Origin: Cycas panzhihuaensis
Taxonomy: Eukaryota > Plantae > Cycadophyta
Length of the DNA stretch: 64,000 nucleotides
Reading direction: 5' to 3'
Assembly: GCA_023213395.1 (NCBI GenBank)
Contig: CM041465.1
Span: 30,139,741 to 30,203,740, forward strand
Shown here: piece by piece, positions 24,101 through 37,410 of the stretch
Layout of the letters: each line of letters opens with the position of its first letter
Position numbering within the stretch: the first letter of the stretch is position 1
The notes under the pieces: generated by a model
The model's database searches: none
Told to the model about the DNA's origin: nothing
Seen by the model: only the letters and a program-made list of their open reading frames with translations
Translations under genes and position numbers: made by a program

Positions 24101-27029
24101 CGCAGAAGCACATTTCTTACCAAAGGCGGACTTTAATACGATGACTTCAAATCAGAGTGGTGTTGAGATTGTCCTAGGAGATGCTCGTGTTTTGCTAGTA
24201 GAAAGTATCGGCGAAGTTTCCATTGCAGGAGGTAAATTTACCAAGGTATACTATGTACCAAAGATACAGTTAAACCTTCTTTCAGCCTGGGAAATCTGCA
24301 AACAAGGTATGAAGGTGGAGCTCTACGATGACAAATGCCTAATTAAGGATCTGAAACAAAACTTTGTCGTCATAGCTACTGGGAAAGTCAGGGACAACTT
24401 AGTTTCAATCTCAGAAGAAGTCCTATGCCGTTATTGCCAGTGCGGATGATGTAAGTTGTGGCACAATCGCCTAGGGTACATTATTTACAGGAGTATTGCA
24501 TTGCTGAAGAGGTTGAAGATGGTGGAAGGATTCCTGTCGATTACTTGCTCAGATGGTGTGTGCGAAGGGTGTATGTATGGCAAGCACCACTGCTACCCTT
24601 TTGCTCGAGATAATGCCTGCAGAGCCAAGGAGAAGTTGGAGCTTGTACATTCAGACATAATGGGTCCTCTTCCTAATCCTTCAATATTTGGAGCTCATTA
24701 TATCCTTGTATTTGTAGATGACTACACCAGGAAGACCTGGGTTTACTTTCTCAAGAACAAGTCAGACGTGTTTGATCGCTTTCGTGACTGGAAAGTGATG
24801 GTTGAAAATGAAAGTGATAAAAAGATAAAGATGTTAAGAAGTGATAATGACAAGGAATACGACAATCGCGCGTTCAATCAGTTCTGCGATTATAGTATAA
24901 AGTGGGAATTTACGGTCCCATATACCCCACAACAGAATGGAGTTGCTGAAAGAAAAAACCGTACCATGATGGAGATGGCAAGGTGTATGGTGTATGCTAA
25001 AATCCTGCCATCAAAGTTTTGGGCAAAAGTTGTAGCGACTGTTGTTTATATTTTGAATCTGGTACCCACTCAAGTAGTTCGCAGCATGACCCTCAAAGAA
25101 AAATGGACCAGTCGTAAACCTATCATTAGCCATTTAAGAACTTTTGGGTGTATTGCGTACGCCCACATCCCAGATGATACCCGCAAGAAGCTGGATCGGA
25201 AGAGTCTGAAGTGCATATTCATGGGGTATTGCACTGAGAATAAAGCCTACAAACTATGGGATCCACAAGGGGAGAAGATTGTGGTTAGTTGGGATGTAAA
25301 ATTTGATAAGTCATCGACATATCATGCTGACAAATCGTCAGAGGAACCTTTTTACCCCCCCTTCTCCCATTCCCAGATACATCAAGTGAAGAGGACAATG
25401 AGCCAATTGCTAGAACACCTGAGGAAGCAGGACCAAGTGGGATGAGTAATAGTGAGGAGCCGCCGCAAAATGAAGTACTTCCAGAAATAGGTCCTTCAAT
25501 ACCTTTATGGGCAAGGAAGACTCTCGAGGATTCCAGTGTGGCGATGCATATCTTAACTGATGATCAAAGAATAAGAAGTCAGTATGCCAGTTGAACTCTC
25601 TTGGTAGACACCAACAACTCCAATGATAATGATTCCTCCGATGAAGCGAAAGGAGACCCACGGTGGAAAGTTGCAATGGAGGAGTATAGTTCTCTACTGA
25701 AGAACAACACGTGGGATTTGGTTCCACTACCTTTGACGAAGAACCTTGTGGGATGCAAGTGGGTCTACAAGACAAAATCCCGCTCCGATGAAGAGGTGGA
25801 CAAGTACAAGGCCATACTTGTTGCTCAAGGATTCAAGCAGAAAGAAAGAATTGACTATAGGGAAATGTTTGCACCAGTCTCCAGAATGACAACGATCAGA
25901 TTGCTCATTTCCTTAGCAACTGCTTACGGTTGGGAGTTACACCAGATGGACATAAAGTCTGCATTCCTTAATGGAGATATAAAGGAGGAGATATATATGT
26001 CGCAACCTCTAAGATTCGTTAAGGATGGCCAGGAGCACCTTGTCTGCCATCTGAAGAAGTCAATCTATGGCCTGAAACAAGCACCTCATGCTTGGTATGA
26101 AAATATGGAAGCGAAGTTGAAAGCTTAAGGTTTCAAGATTTCAGAACTCGACCTAAATCTGTATGTGAAGAGAAGAGGGACTTCAATAGTTGCTTGCATG
26201 GTGTATGTGAATGATTTGGTCATCGGCGGTAACTGTGTCAAGGTTATTGCTAAAGTCAAATCCAATCTGGGAGCTTCATTTGACATGACAGACCTTGGGA
26301 GACTTCACTACTTCTTGGGCATTCAGGTCAAGCAGATGGATGGCAGGATGGTGTTGTTGCAGTCGCAGTATGTGAAGAACTTGTTGGAGAAATTTGGAAT
26401 GCAAAATTGCAAACCAGTTGCAACACTATGTGTAAAAGGCGCTAAGTTGCAGAAGGATATGGCCAAGCCCTCTGTAGATGGCACAAAGTATCACCAGTTG
26501 GTAGGGAGTCTGATCTATTTGACTCATACTAGGCCTAATATCGCATACGTTGTCGGGTTGGTTTCTCACTACATGCGGAATTGACAAGGATAAAGAAGTT
26601 GTAGGATAATCCCAACCTTCGTGATAACACAACTGTTGCAGTTGGTAGGCTCCCCACATTCACATTAAGGGGGGATGTTAACATGGCAGTTAATTATTAA
26701 GCCACTTAATTAATGTTAATGTGGTTTAATTAAGCCAAAAGGTGCGACTTATTCGGAGGGTCACAACCCTAATTGGGTGACACCTCTTGGAAGAATATAA
26801 ATGCCTTGAGCCCTTATGTATTCGATGAATCATTGTATCAAGCCATTGTGAAATAATCAAGTGATCCATCAAGGATCCTTTTGTGGTGGGTTTTTTCCCG
26901 AAAGCGTTTTCCCATGTAAATGCTGTGTACTGTGCATCTGTTTTCTGTGTGTATATTTATTTGCTTGCTATGTATGGTTAAAGATTCTGCAGATGGGAAT
27001 ATTTGTGTATGATTTCATGTCCCTGAACA
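21187..27029 (+). mobile_element. Ty1/Copia element 3 nested in the Tat 5' LTR. LTRs 21187-21555 and 26676-27029
   Basis: TSD GTACA, PBS tggtatcagagcc 21556-21568, PPT aagggggga. Confidence 0.95.
23221..26640 (+). pseudogene. Copia gag-pol, RNase H largely deleted
   Basis: FNGNNFSEWK gag start, CCHC knuckle remnant, WVLDS protease, LVHSDIMGP and PYTPQQNGVAERKNRT integrase, QMDIKSAFLNG RT. The reading jumps from ...VSHYMRN to the PPT region. Confidence 0.92.
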
Positions 27030-29706
27030 GTACATAACAAAACAAAGACAATCAACCATAGGCAATGGCTCATTGTCAATGATTCTTAAAATTTTGCAAA
27101 TAGTCCAAAGGCCTGTCCTTAGCAGTCTCAATAAGCTAAACTGGGACAATTGATGAAGTATCAAGGCCTACTTTTAAGAAAGAATGCATCCACTAGCCTA
27201 CTGAGGAACACACTAACTAAAGAGAAAAATTGGACCTATTTCAGAACACGTTCAAAGAAAATTCAAGCTCATTTGAACCAATTAGAGGCTTGCATATCAA
27301 TGATCAAGTTCTAGCCACTAAAAGATTCAAAAAATAAAACAAGTGGCAACAAAAGCTAGAAACAACAATTGAACATTTGAGTCATTATATAGTGCTACAC
27401 GATCATTTGTCATCAATCAAATGATGAGAGACAAAGATGGTTGTTGGGAGTAGGTTTCTTTTAAAATTCCAACTCTTCATCTTCTATTTTTTCTTGTTAT
27501 TTATTCCTTGGCTTTCTCAAAAAAGAAAAATGGAAAAAGAAGGGAGGAGAGGTTTTTGAAAAAAAAAAGAGAAAAAAATAGGATTTGGGTTTTGCAGCCC
27601 ATCCATCTTGTAAGCTTTGTGTGTTTTAGGAGCTCAGTATGTTTTTGGCTCTAAAAAGTTAGAGCTTGTAAGTTTTTCTCATAGAGTTTGGGAGCATAAG
27701 AGAGGGAATACTAGGTATATTCACTCCTCACCCTTTTGTACATTTCATGCTATTATGAATAAGAAAAATCCATTTGACTAGGTCTTTATGTTATCTAGAT
27801 GGACATTCATGATTATGTAATGGCCATTTAGTTTTCTCTCTTTTCCTTGCATGTTATGATGTACTCTCTTCATTTGATCTTTCACTTTTTTTCTCGTGTG
27901 ATGCTCATGTTCATCAACATGATCTTATTGTTCACGTATGAATAACTATTATATATCATGTACATAATATTGTGCAGTTCCCCACAAATATATTTATTTT
28001 AAGTTATCCCAATTTTTTTGTGATAGTATAGCAAGAACATTATGCAAACCAATCAATCTTAACTTATTAATCTTTTGCTAGAAAGGTACAAAAAACCCAA
28101 ATAACAATTTTGGCGAGCATACTGGGGAGGCCTTCTTTCAAGTTTTTTACCTATTTCTTCTACTTTTTGGTCCTTTCTTTTTCTATCTTTTATCCCCACA
28201 TAGTCCAATCTCTCCTTTCAATCTTAATTCTTTCAAAAAACCATATACCTACCCAGACAAGGCCTAGGGTGTAGAAGCACTCCTTCATTCTCCTTTTGAG
28301 AGAAAACCTTAAGGTATATCATGTCCTTCGACTCAAGACCCACGGTACGAAGCTAAAGAAAAGCTGACATTTCAATTCAAGAGTCCATTGGCCACCAAGA
28401 TAGAAAGTCTAACTCAAGTTCATCTACAAATATGGGAGATTAAGGTGTTGGTAGGGACTATAACCCACAGGTTGAGGATGCTCTTGCATGGTTACATAGC
28501 AATCCACTTGACCTTCAAGATGATTTGCACATCCTAAATAAAGCATGGGTTGTCGTGCCCAAATTTAGTGAAGGAGAGGCACCTTTCATAGATGAACAAC
28601 ACATTCATGCTCATATGTTTAACATACAACATCTAATGCAATTGTTAGACTTTTCATCCACACTTCAGAAGGAGAAGCATCTTTGTGGTATCAATCCTTG
28701 CCCAATGCCTCAATTCAAAATTGTAAAGAATTAATACCAATCTTTGAAGCTAAGTACTTTTGTAAGAAGACCATGCTCGCATTGGTTAAGAAGCTCGCCA
28801 ATAATAAAAAAGGGGCTCAGGAATCTGTCCAAGAGTACATTAAGCATTTCTCCAAACTTCTCAAGAGAATTAGTCCTAAATTCTGGCCAACAAAACCTTG
28901 TCAAGAGGAATGGTTCATCAAGGGTTAAGATAATGTAATTAGACCAATTGTGGTTCATAAGTTCCTCGTTAGTCTTAAGGAGGCCCAAAGTTAGGCCCTA
29001 GGATTGGAATTGGTAAATATTCAGAATGTGTTATCACTTCTTTTTTAGAAGACACTCCCACTATTAGGGCCAAGAAGGGAAGTGCTCCTAATTTTGATTC
29101 TTTCACATTACCTCAAATGGATCCTTAGACTTTCACTGCATACAAGAAGGACCTAAATGAAAATGCATACCTAAAAAGGATGCTTAAGGGCAACGATATT
29201 CAACAACCTCCAACTACAATATTGAAAAGGCCAAAGGGCAAGCCTACGAACAATGAGTAAGGTTTCTTTGATGATTTGATTGACAAGAATATGGTTAGGA
29301 ATCTTGTTCTTGAACCTGAAGAGACCTTAACTTCCTATAGTCAGCACCCTCTCCCAAATTTGGACGTGCCTAATTTCGTTAATGAAGAAAATCCTGAATG
29401 GGCATATGGGGGAGTGGCTGTTATCACTGAAGCCCAAGTTCTTAGGCTACACAACATGCTCAAGCACCTAGTTAGAGAAGCCAAAATGACCCCTCGATTA
29501 AAGTCCCAGCAAATGCTTCCCCTAACGTGGAAACTACAAAAGTCCTAGTGGTTTCTATAGGAATCCTACCCTAAGGAATTTTTTACCACCGCAAGGTCAA
29601 CCTATTTCCTCAAGCCCTGAATTTCGTTCCTAATAGGCCTTTCAAGGAATATTGTATCAGGAAAGACTTAATCCAATTTCAAGCCAATATCAATCTCGCC
29701 CAAGTA

Positions 29707-30213
29707 TTGAACCTCCCTAATCAAAGTGCCAAGATGATTAATTTGTTGAAAAGAAAAGATCCTATATTAAGAGCACCTATCCAAGGGGTAAATACTAAAG
29801 TGATAGCCATGGTCAATATTTCTTCTCCAACTTCATCCAATCTTGAACCATTTAATCTTTCCCTCCTAGTTCCCGATAAATACAATCTGCATAATTGCAT
29901 TGTGGACTTTGGAGTGGCATATAATTTGATGCCTTATGCTATCATGAAAGCTTTAAAGTTAAAATGTGTGAAATTGGTCCAGAATGTCCAAGGTTTTGAT
30001 GGGAGGAGTGCTACCTCAATTGGAATCATCCAAGATACGACAATGAAAGTCATTGCAAACCCTCTAGTGATAGCAGTAATTGATGTGATGGTTGTTGGCA
30101 TGAATCCTATCTACAAAATGTTGTTAGGAAGGCAATGGTTCGTTAATATTAGCATTGTACCAAATGTTTGTATGCCATACATCACTTTTCCTATCATGAA
30201 AGAATTGATTTAG
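29707..30213 (+). pseudogene. Gypsy aspartic protease, copy 1
   Basis: PFNLSLL...LHNCIVDFGVAYNLMP (decayed D-S-G-A) and MLLGRQW. Confidence 0.8.
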
Positions 30214-31335
30214 CTCCTAAGGGAGGATAGAGCAAAGAGACATATTGAACATCTAGAAAGAGACATTTTGGATCCCCCATGTCGACATACAAGATCAAGG
30301 ATATACACAATTTTAAATGATCATCACAATTACCCGTCCACAATAGAAGAAGAAGCCTACCTCTTACAAAGGGGTGCTTTTGACAATATTTGGATCATAC
30401 ACTTCAATAGGGCCAAGTAAGACACTAAAGACAATGGTCATCTTGAAATCTCCTCATATCAGGTCTTTTACTTTTTCTTATAAATTTTCATTTCAAAATT
30501 AGTCCTAAATTCTGGCCAACAAAACCTTGTCAAGAGGAATGGTTCATCAAGGGTTAAGATAATGTAATTAGACCAATTGTAGTTCATAAGTTCCTCGTTA
30601 GTCTTAAGGAGGCCCAAAGTTAGGCCCCAGGATTGGAATTGGTAAATATTCAAAATGTGTTATCACTTCTTTTTTAGGAGACACTCCCACTATTAGGGCC
30701 AAAATGTGAAGTGCTCCTAATTTTGATTCTTCCACATTACCTCAAATGGATCCTTAGACTTTCACTGCATACAAGAAGGACCTAAATGAAAATGCATACC
30801 TAAAAAGGATGCTTAAGGGCAACGATATTCAACAACCTCCAACTACAATATTGAAAAGACCAAAGGACGAGCCTACTGACAATGCATAAGCTTTCTTTGA
30901 TGATTTGATTGACAAGAATATGGTTAGGAATCTTGTTCTTGAACCTAAAGATACCTTAACTTCCTATAGTCAGCACCCTCTCCCAAATTTGGACATGCCT
31001 AATTTCGTTAATGAAGAAAATCCTAAATGGGCATATGGGGGAGTGGCTGTTATCATTGAAGCCCAAGTTCTTAGGCTACACAACATGCTCAAGCACCTAG
31101 TTAGGGAAGCCAAAATGACCCCTCAATTAAAGTCCCAACAAATGCTTCCCCCAAGGTGGAAACAACAAAGGTCCTAGTGGTTTCTATAGGAACCCTACCC
31201 TAAGGAAGTTTTTACCACCGCAAGGTCAACCTATTTCCTCAAGCCCTGAATTTCGTTCCTAATAGGCCTTTCAAGGAATATTGTATCAGGAAAGACTTAA
31301 TCCAATTTCAAGCCAATATCAATCTCGGCCAAGTA

Positions 31336-31842
31336 TTGAACCTCCCTAATCAAAGTGCCAAGATGATTAATTTGTTGAAAAGAAAAGATCCTATATTAAG
31401 AGCACCTATCCAAGGGGTAAATACTAAAGTGATAGTCATGGTCAAGCTTTCTTCTCCAACTTCATCCAATCTTGAACCATTTTATCTTTCCCTCCTAGTT
31501 CCCGATAAATACAATCTGCATAATTGTATTGTGGACTTTGGAGTGGCATATAATTTGATGCCTTATGCTATCATGAAAGCTTTAAAGTTAAAATGTGTGA
31601 AATTGGTCCAAAATGTCCAAGGTTTTGATGGGAGGAGTGCTATCTCAATTAGAATCATCCAAGATATGACAATGAAAGTCATTGCAAACCCTCTAGTGAT
31701 AGCAGTAATTGATGTGATGGTTGTTGGCACGAATCCCATCTACAAAATGTTGTTAGGAAGGCAATGGTTCTTTAATATTAGCATTGTACCAAATGTTTGT
31801 ATGCCATACATCACTTTTCCTATCATGAAAGAATTGATTTAG
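31336..31842 (+). pseudogene. Gypsy aspartic protease, copy 2
   Basis: Duplicate of 29707-30213. Confidence 0.8.
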
Positions 31843-32146
31843 CTCCTAAGGGAGGTTAGAGCAAAGAGACATATTGAACATCTAGAAAAAGACATTTTGG
31901 ATCCCCCATGTCGACATACAGGATCAAAGATATACACAATTTTAAATGATCATCACAATTACCCGTCCACAATAGAAGAAGACTACCTCTTACAAACGGG
32001 TGCTTTTGACAATATTTGGATCATACACTTCAATAGGGCCAAGTTAGACACTGAAGACAATGGTCATCTTGAAATCTGCTCATATTAGGTCTTTTACTTT
32101 TTCTTGTAAATTTTCATTTCAATATACTAGTAACAATGCTCAATAC

Positions 32147-32692
32147 TGTTAGAATGGGCCAAATGGCCTCATAGGTCCAAGATCATTAACAAAGCACAAT
32201 AAGCATACATGCATTAAGCATCAATCAAAATAGAACACAAAGAGAAAGAGGAGCAAGATTAAGATACCAAGTATGGGGTGTTGGAATTAGTCCAACCACC
32301 AAAGAATGCTCAGCTTGATTAGCAAACTGACAGAATAACAATGAGCTCCAACTCTTGAATGAACAACAATGAAGAAATGCCTCATTAAATAGAGGGAAAT
32401 GAGAGGCCAAAGGCTATTGCATGATTGACAAGTGTCAATCATGCAATGCATGCTTGCATGTAGGACAAGTGTCCATTGGAAGCTCTTGTGAGCAAAAGTG
32501 CAAGGGGGTCATTTAACCCTCAAGTGACATAAGTGACAACGTTATGTCACTAGACATAAAGTGGGTGTGTACTTTATCACTTAAGTGATAAAGTCACCCC
32601 TAAAGTACAAAAGTGCACATAAAACATTAAAGTGCACATAATACATAAACATAAAGTACATAAAGCTTAACATGTAAACATAAGGTTTAACA
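32147..32692 (-). mobile_element. Solo LTR, same family as the LTR at 2381-2936
   Basis: TGTT...AACA with perfect TSD AATAC on both sides. Confidence 0.9.
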
Positions 32693-32710
32693 AATACAAA
32701 GCTTTGATTT

Positions 32711-35700
32711 TGTTGAAATATTCAAAAGAGATCATTCAATATCAAAAACAATTGAACAAGTATCATGAACATAATGAAGATAGCATTAACTCATAATCAT
32801 AAATGTCTACATCATAACGACACCACAACAATAACACCACAATAAACTCCATCTTGACTCAGTGTCCTCTACTCTACCTTACTCACTTATTTATACATTA
32901 TAAGTGAGAATATGTGAAATGAGGTGAGGTACATGTGAGACTATTAACCTCTAACACAACTAATGACATAACACCTATTAATTGACCAATAACCTATTGA
33001 CCACCTACTTGCACAAATGTGCATTACATTAATATTATAATGTTAACCCTCTAAAGTCTGACACCTCCCCTTAATGCACATTTGGAGACTTCTTGAATTT
33101 GCATTGTCTTGATCTTGGAATTGTCTTGAAAATAATGTCTTACTTCGATCTTCATCTTCATTCCTGCAGTGATATCCTTGTAGTAGTTTTTGAGAGTAGT
33201 GGTCTTTGAACTTGACTTTCTTCATCTTCATGTGCAACATCGAATCCTTTGCCCTACAAATGGTGTAGTAGATCATAATTGGTCCAACTTGAGCTCGATG
33301 TAGATCTGACAAGTAATCATGTAGGTAATCATCAAAAGTATCTTGAAATTCAAAGTTTATATCAAGCATGTCTTCAATCATTGTTTCAATCACCTGTTTG
33401 CCTTCATTTTCTTCAACATGTAAACAATTAACATTAATTGAGCCAACATCAAAATTTGAAGGTAAGACATCAAAAGTAGAATCAACATCACTTGAAAAAT
33501 GAGCATCAACATCATGTATGAGTTCTCCCTCTTGATTAGTATGTCCAACAACAATTCTTTTAGCTTCTGGAGCAGAGTCTTCATCAACTTGTGAACAATT
33601 CAAATTTGAACCAATGGTCAAATCAGGAATTGAGTTTGTATCAACAGGTTTATCTTCAACAGAACAAACAAATTTGGATTCATCCTCCCCTAAAACAGTA
33701 AATTCTTCTAGAGAAACTTCTATTGCATGATCAGAATATTCAGTATTCAGTTCATCAATCTTAGTATGCTCAATGAACTCATCAGATTCAATAACAAACT
33801 CAATTGTAGTTTCTTCACATTCATCAATAGTCTCATCAATTTCTTGACATACCTTTTTACCTGTGTTATCAGTACTATCTTCATCATCTTCTTTACCTGT
33901 GTTGCAGCCATCAACAGTTTTGTTTGCTTTTTTAAGAGCCTCTTGAGGGCTCTTTTCATACACATCCTTCAAAAGATTCCATGCTTCTTTGGCAATACCA
34001 ACATTATGAATTGTATGAATGAGAAAATGGTAGGAAGAAGGAAGATTATCTTTATCAAATGCAACAAGCATAACATCAATTGTTATTCTATTCTTTTTTC
34101 TAAAACTTATTTTCCCCTTTACATCAATTAAGACAGCATCTTGTCCATCAATGATAAATTTCCATAACTTTTTGCACACAAATATACTTTGCATTTTGAT
34201 TGCCCAATATAGAAAGTTTGTTTCGGTGTATTTAGGTAAGGGAAAAGGAAAATCTGTTAACCAATACTCATTCCTTTTAGGTACAAAAATAATGATGTCG
34301 TCCAACTCCATGATGGAAGAATGAATTGATTAAAAGTACATTACCCAAGACTCATGCATCCATTTTAAATTAAAATAACTTCATCAAACCAATAGCGATA
34401 TACCTTAAATCATACTCTAGGTTGTAGTACTCTGAATGAGGATTCTGGCGGTTCAGACGGTTTGCAAAACGGATGCTTGGTTGAAGAGATATGAAGAAAA
34501 GTGTGCAAACATTCCTTGTTGAAGAACATATTGATGTCATTAGAAGATTAGCAGCAGGTCACATTGAGATTCTATATGACCAAAGGTTTAACCACTAGGG
34601 GGCTGGAAGACTTCAAAGTGGATTCCAATTCACTTTATTCTAGATTTGATTTTGCAAAAATAATTAAATCCGCCTAATACACTTTGACATCTGCAAATTC
34701 CAAATGGAGTTTCAAATCAATTAGATTTAACATATAATTTTAAAAAATCAATAACCCTACCTCAAAATTAAACCTACGCAAAATCAATCTTTCCTCTGCA
34801 ACACAAAATTCGTGGCGGTCTTCACTTCAGGCTCATCGACAGATGCAATCTCCACAACTATGACATATCATTATGCGCTTTCCATCAACAGCTAGTTAGG
34901 GTTTACACCTGCAAACCTTCGCTTCATTCTTTTGCATGTAGGTATGTGACTATCCAACGATAATTCCGGGAAACGAGATGTGATTTCAAAGTCGCTTCCA
35001 ACGGTATAATTCGAAGGTCCTCTCTTCTATATTTGGGAGGTACCCATTTACTTATTTTGCAAATCAAAATAGCTCAATTCTTGACAGCTCTTGGCTCCTC
35101 CTATGCCGTGAATCCACTGATGACTTTGCAACCTATTAAAATTGTGTAGAAATTGAGTTCTGAGTGTCGAGATAAGGAGAATTTCTTGAGTTTTATTAAG
35201 GCAGGAAGCTCATTGGTCCCATTGAGCAAGCCAATCTGTGCATCTTCTAGTCTTGGCTCAAAGAGATTCATGAGATTTGGCTCTTCTTCCACGCTTGCGA
35301 CTCTCTCAATCTACTCCATGCATGGTTGGGCTTTCCATGCATGCTTCATATACCTTGAGCTAGGGTTTCTTCATATCTATAGGCACCACTTCCTTAGTAG
35401 CTCTTTATTTACAGACATGCAAACCATCGGTCTTCAACTGGGCAAAAACGTGATTCATAAACTCTGATACGAAGTCAAAAAGGGGACAAATAGAACCACA
35501 TACCTTTTGATCTTCACTACTTTCAAGCAGCATATCAACAGCAGCAGGTTCAACTCCAACAACCTATGATGATAACTCCGTAGTACTCTTTTCCTGCTAT
35601 GACTTATGCATCAATAGCCCTTTCAGAATCATGTCTATGGATAATTACAAGGAGTACGTCCTGCTTCTAATCTATCTTCTCTCAATCTCACTTAATCTTC

Positions 35701-36574
35701 TATTTTAATACTTCATAGGGCTTATTCATGCAGCAGCTAGGGTTATACTAAAGTGGTTGACTTCTCTTTACATGCAAGATTTACTCATAACAGAATTTCC
35801 TCTATGAGAAATAATTTCACACAATTTAGGCAATTGATTTCAAATTTCACTAGTCAAATTCTCAACGATTTCCAACACAAACCCTAAAAGGTACAAAACC
35901 TTCACTTCCACCGTACAGAAGTTAATCGCCAACAAATTTAAAATCATTCATGTCATCAATTTTTTGACTTCAGATACTCACACCAACAAATTATCTACAG
36001 GGTAAACCCTAACACAAAAAGTGAACAACATTACCCGATAATAAATCTTCAATCACAGTCACTGACTTGGCACAATTTGTAACAATGATGACCTTAGGGG
36101 CTCACCTTCTAAAATTGGATCCTCAATCCGTTATACAACTCTACGGAGCCACCTCCACACACATCAACAAGATGGTAAACCTACACAACAATGGGCTTAA
36201 CAAGCAACCTGCTCTGATACCATGTTGAAATATTCAAAAGAGATCATTCAATATCAAGAACAATAGAACAATTATTATGAACATAATGAAGATAGCATTA
36301 ACTCATAATCATAATGTTTACATTATAATGACACCACAACAATAACACCACAATAAACTCCATCTTGATTCAATGTCCTCTACTCTACCTTACTCACTTA
36401 TTTATACGTCATAAGTGAGAATATATAGGATGAGGTGAGTTACATGTGGGACTATTAATCTATAACACAACTAATGACATAACACCTATTAATTGACCAA
36501 TAACCTATTGACCACCTACTTGCACAAATGTACATTACATTAATATTATAATATTGACCCTCTAAAGTCTAATA
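32711..36574 (-). mobile_element. Gag-only (TR-GAG-like) non-autonomous LTR element. LTRs 32711-33063 and 36223-36574
   Basis: TSD GATTT, PBS reverse complement 36211-36222, PPT next to 33063, a single ORF. Confidence 0.92.
33043..34311 (-). CDS. Copia-type Gag N-terminus (DUF4219/UBN2-like) fused to a long acidic domain, 422 aa
   Basis: NFLYWAIKMQSIF..KKLWKFI and AKEAWNLLKDVY, then a D/E-rich tract. No zinc knuckle or pol. The ORF runs through the PPT into the 3' LTR. Confidence 0.75.
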   Translation of the reverse strand: MELDDIIIFVPKRNEYWLTDFPFPLPKYTETNFLYWAIKMQSIFVCKKLWKFIIDGQDAVLIDVKGKISFRKKNRITIDVMLVAFDKDNLPSSYHFLIHTIHNVGIAKEAWNLLKDVYEKSPQEALKKANKTVDGCNTGKEDDEDSTDNTGKKVCQEIDETIDECEETTIEFVIESDEFIEHTKIDELNTEYSDHAIEVSLEEFTVLGEDESKFVCSVEDKPVDTNSIPDLTIGSNLNCSQVDEDSAPEAKRIVVGHTNQEGELIHDVDAHFSSDVDSTFDVLPSNFDVGSINVNCLHVEENEGKQVIETMIEDMLDINFEFQDTFDDYLHDYLSDLHRAQVGPIMIYYTICRAKDSMLHMKMKKVKFKDHYSQKLLQGYHCRNEDEDRSKTLFSRQFQDQDNANSRSLQMCIKGRCQTLEG

Positions 36575-37410
36575 GATTTGGGGCCTAAACAAGACCAAAG
36601 AACTAAAAGTGAAGGTCCTCAAGGTTTTTGGGAATTCTAAGTTGGTCATAAATCAAATCAAGGCTTTATGTTCTACTAGATGCAAGGGATTAGAAAACCA
36701 TAGAGAAAGTGCTAGAATTGATCAATTATTTTGAATCTTTCCCAATCTCTTATATCTCTAGAGAAGATAACCAACTAACTAATTCATTGGCAGTTACTAC
36801 CTCTCTTCTAGAAATATGTCTAGTTGGATCCATGAACTATACAATTGAGATCATTTCCAAACCTCGTATCCTCAACAATGTTAGTCAACAGTTGATTAAC
36901 GATGATGACCACCTCTTTTTGCAAAATAAAAGAAAGTATGTTAGTCAACACACTAAGGGATCTCACCCTCCCCTAAACAAAGCAGACGCATTTGATGAAG
37001 TGGGTGATGAACGCACCATTGAAATCAAATCTAACAAAATCCTAAGGAGAATGACAACTTTGGGATCCTTATTTAATGCGAATGATTCTCTAGGAATTAA
37101 GAGAAGAAAGTCTCAAGCCACATAAAAGTCTTTGGGGAAGAGTATATCAACTGACCTAGGCATTTAGCAAAAGCTTATGATGATTTACAACAGTCAAACA
37201 CACACCAAGGAGGAATAGGAAGAATTCATTAATACTAGCAAGGAATATACAAATTTTCTTGCTTGGAAATACTAAGACTCAAAGGTTTACAACCCCAAGT
37301 TAATCAAACATGACATCCCAATAAAACCCATGGTCAAATTCTTTTGACATAAGCAATGTCTTTGGGATCCAAGACTTGGAAAGTTAATTTGGACTGAGCT
37401 CAGGAATGTA
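36575..37410 (+). pseudogene. Tat additional RNase H (C-terminal part) followed by the beginning of RT
   Basis: Joined across the insertions it reads SNNAQY|KALIL|GLNKTKELKVKVLKVFGNSKLVINQIK (cf. TNNxAEYEALILGL...VFGDSxLV), then ISREDNQLTNSLA, then pre-RT LKVYNPKLIKHDIP. Confidence 0.78.

Larger units (their letters stand above)
28868..32122 (+). repeat. 1629-bp tandem duplication (28868-30496 and 30497-32122) covering gag end, protease and aRH start
   Basis: ORF pairs 29276/30905 and 29707/31336 are offset by exactly 1629 bp and nearly identical. Confidence 0.95.

Noticed and set aside
33727-34131. Hydrophobic + strand ORF as a membrane or env-like protein
   Set aside because: It is the antisense shadow of the acidic Gag ORF.
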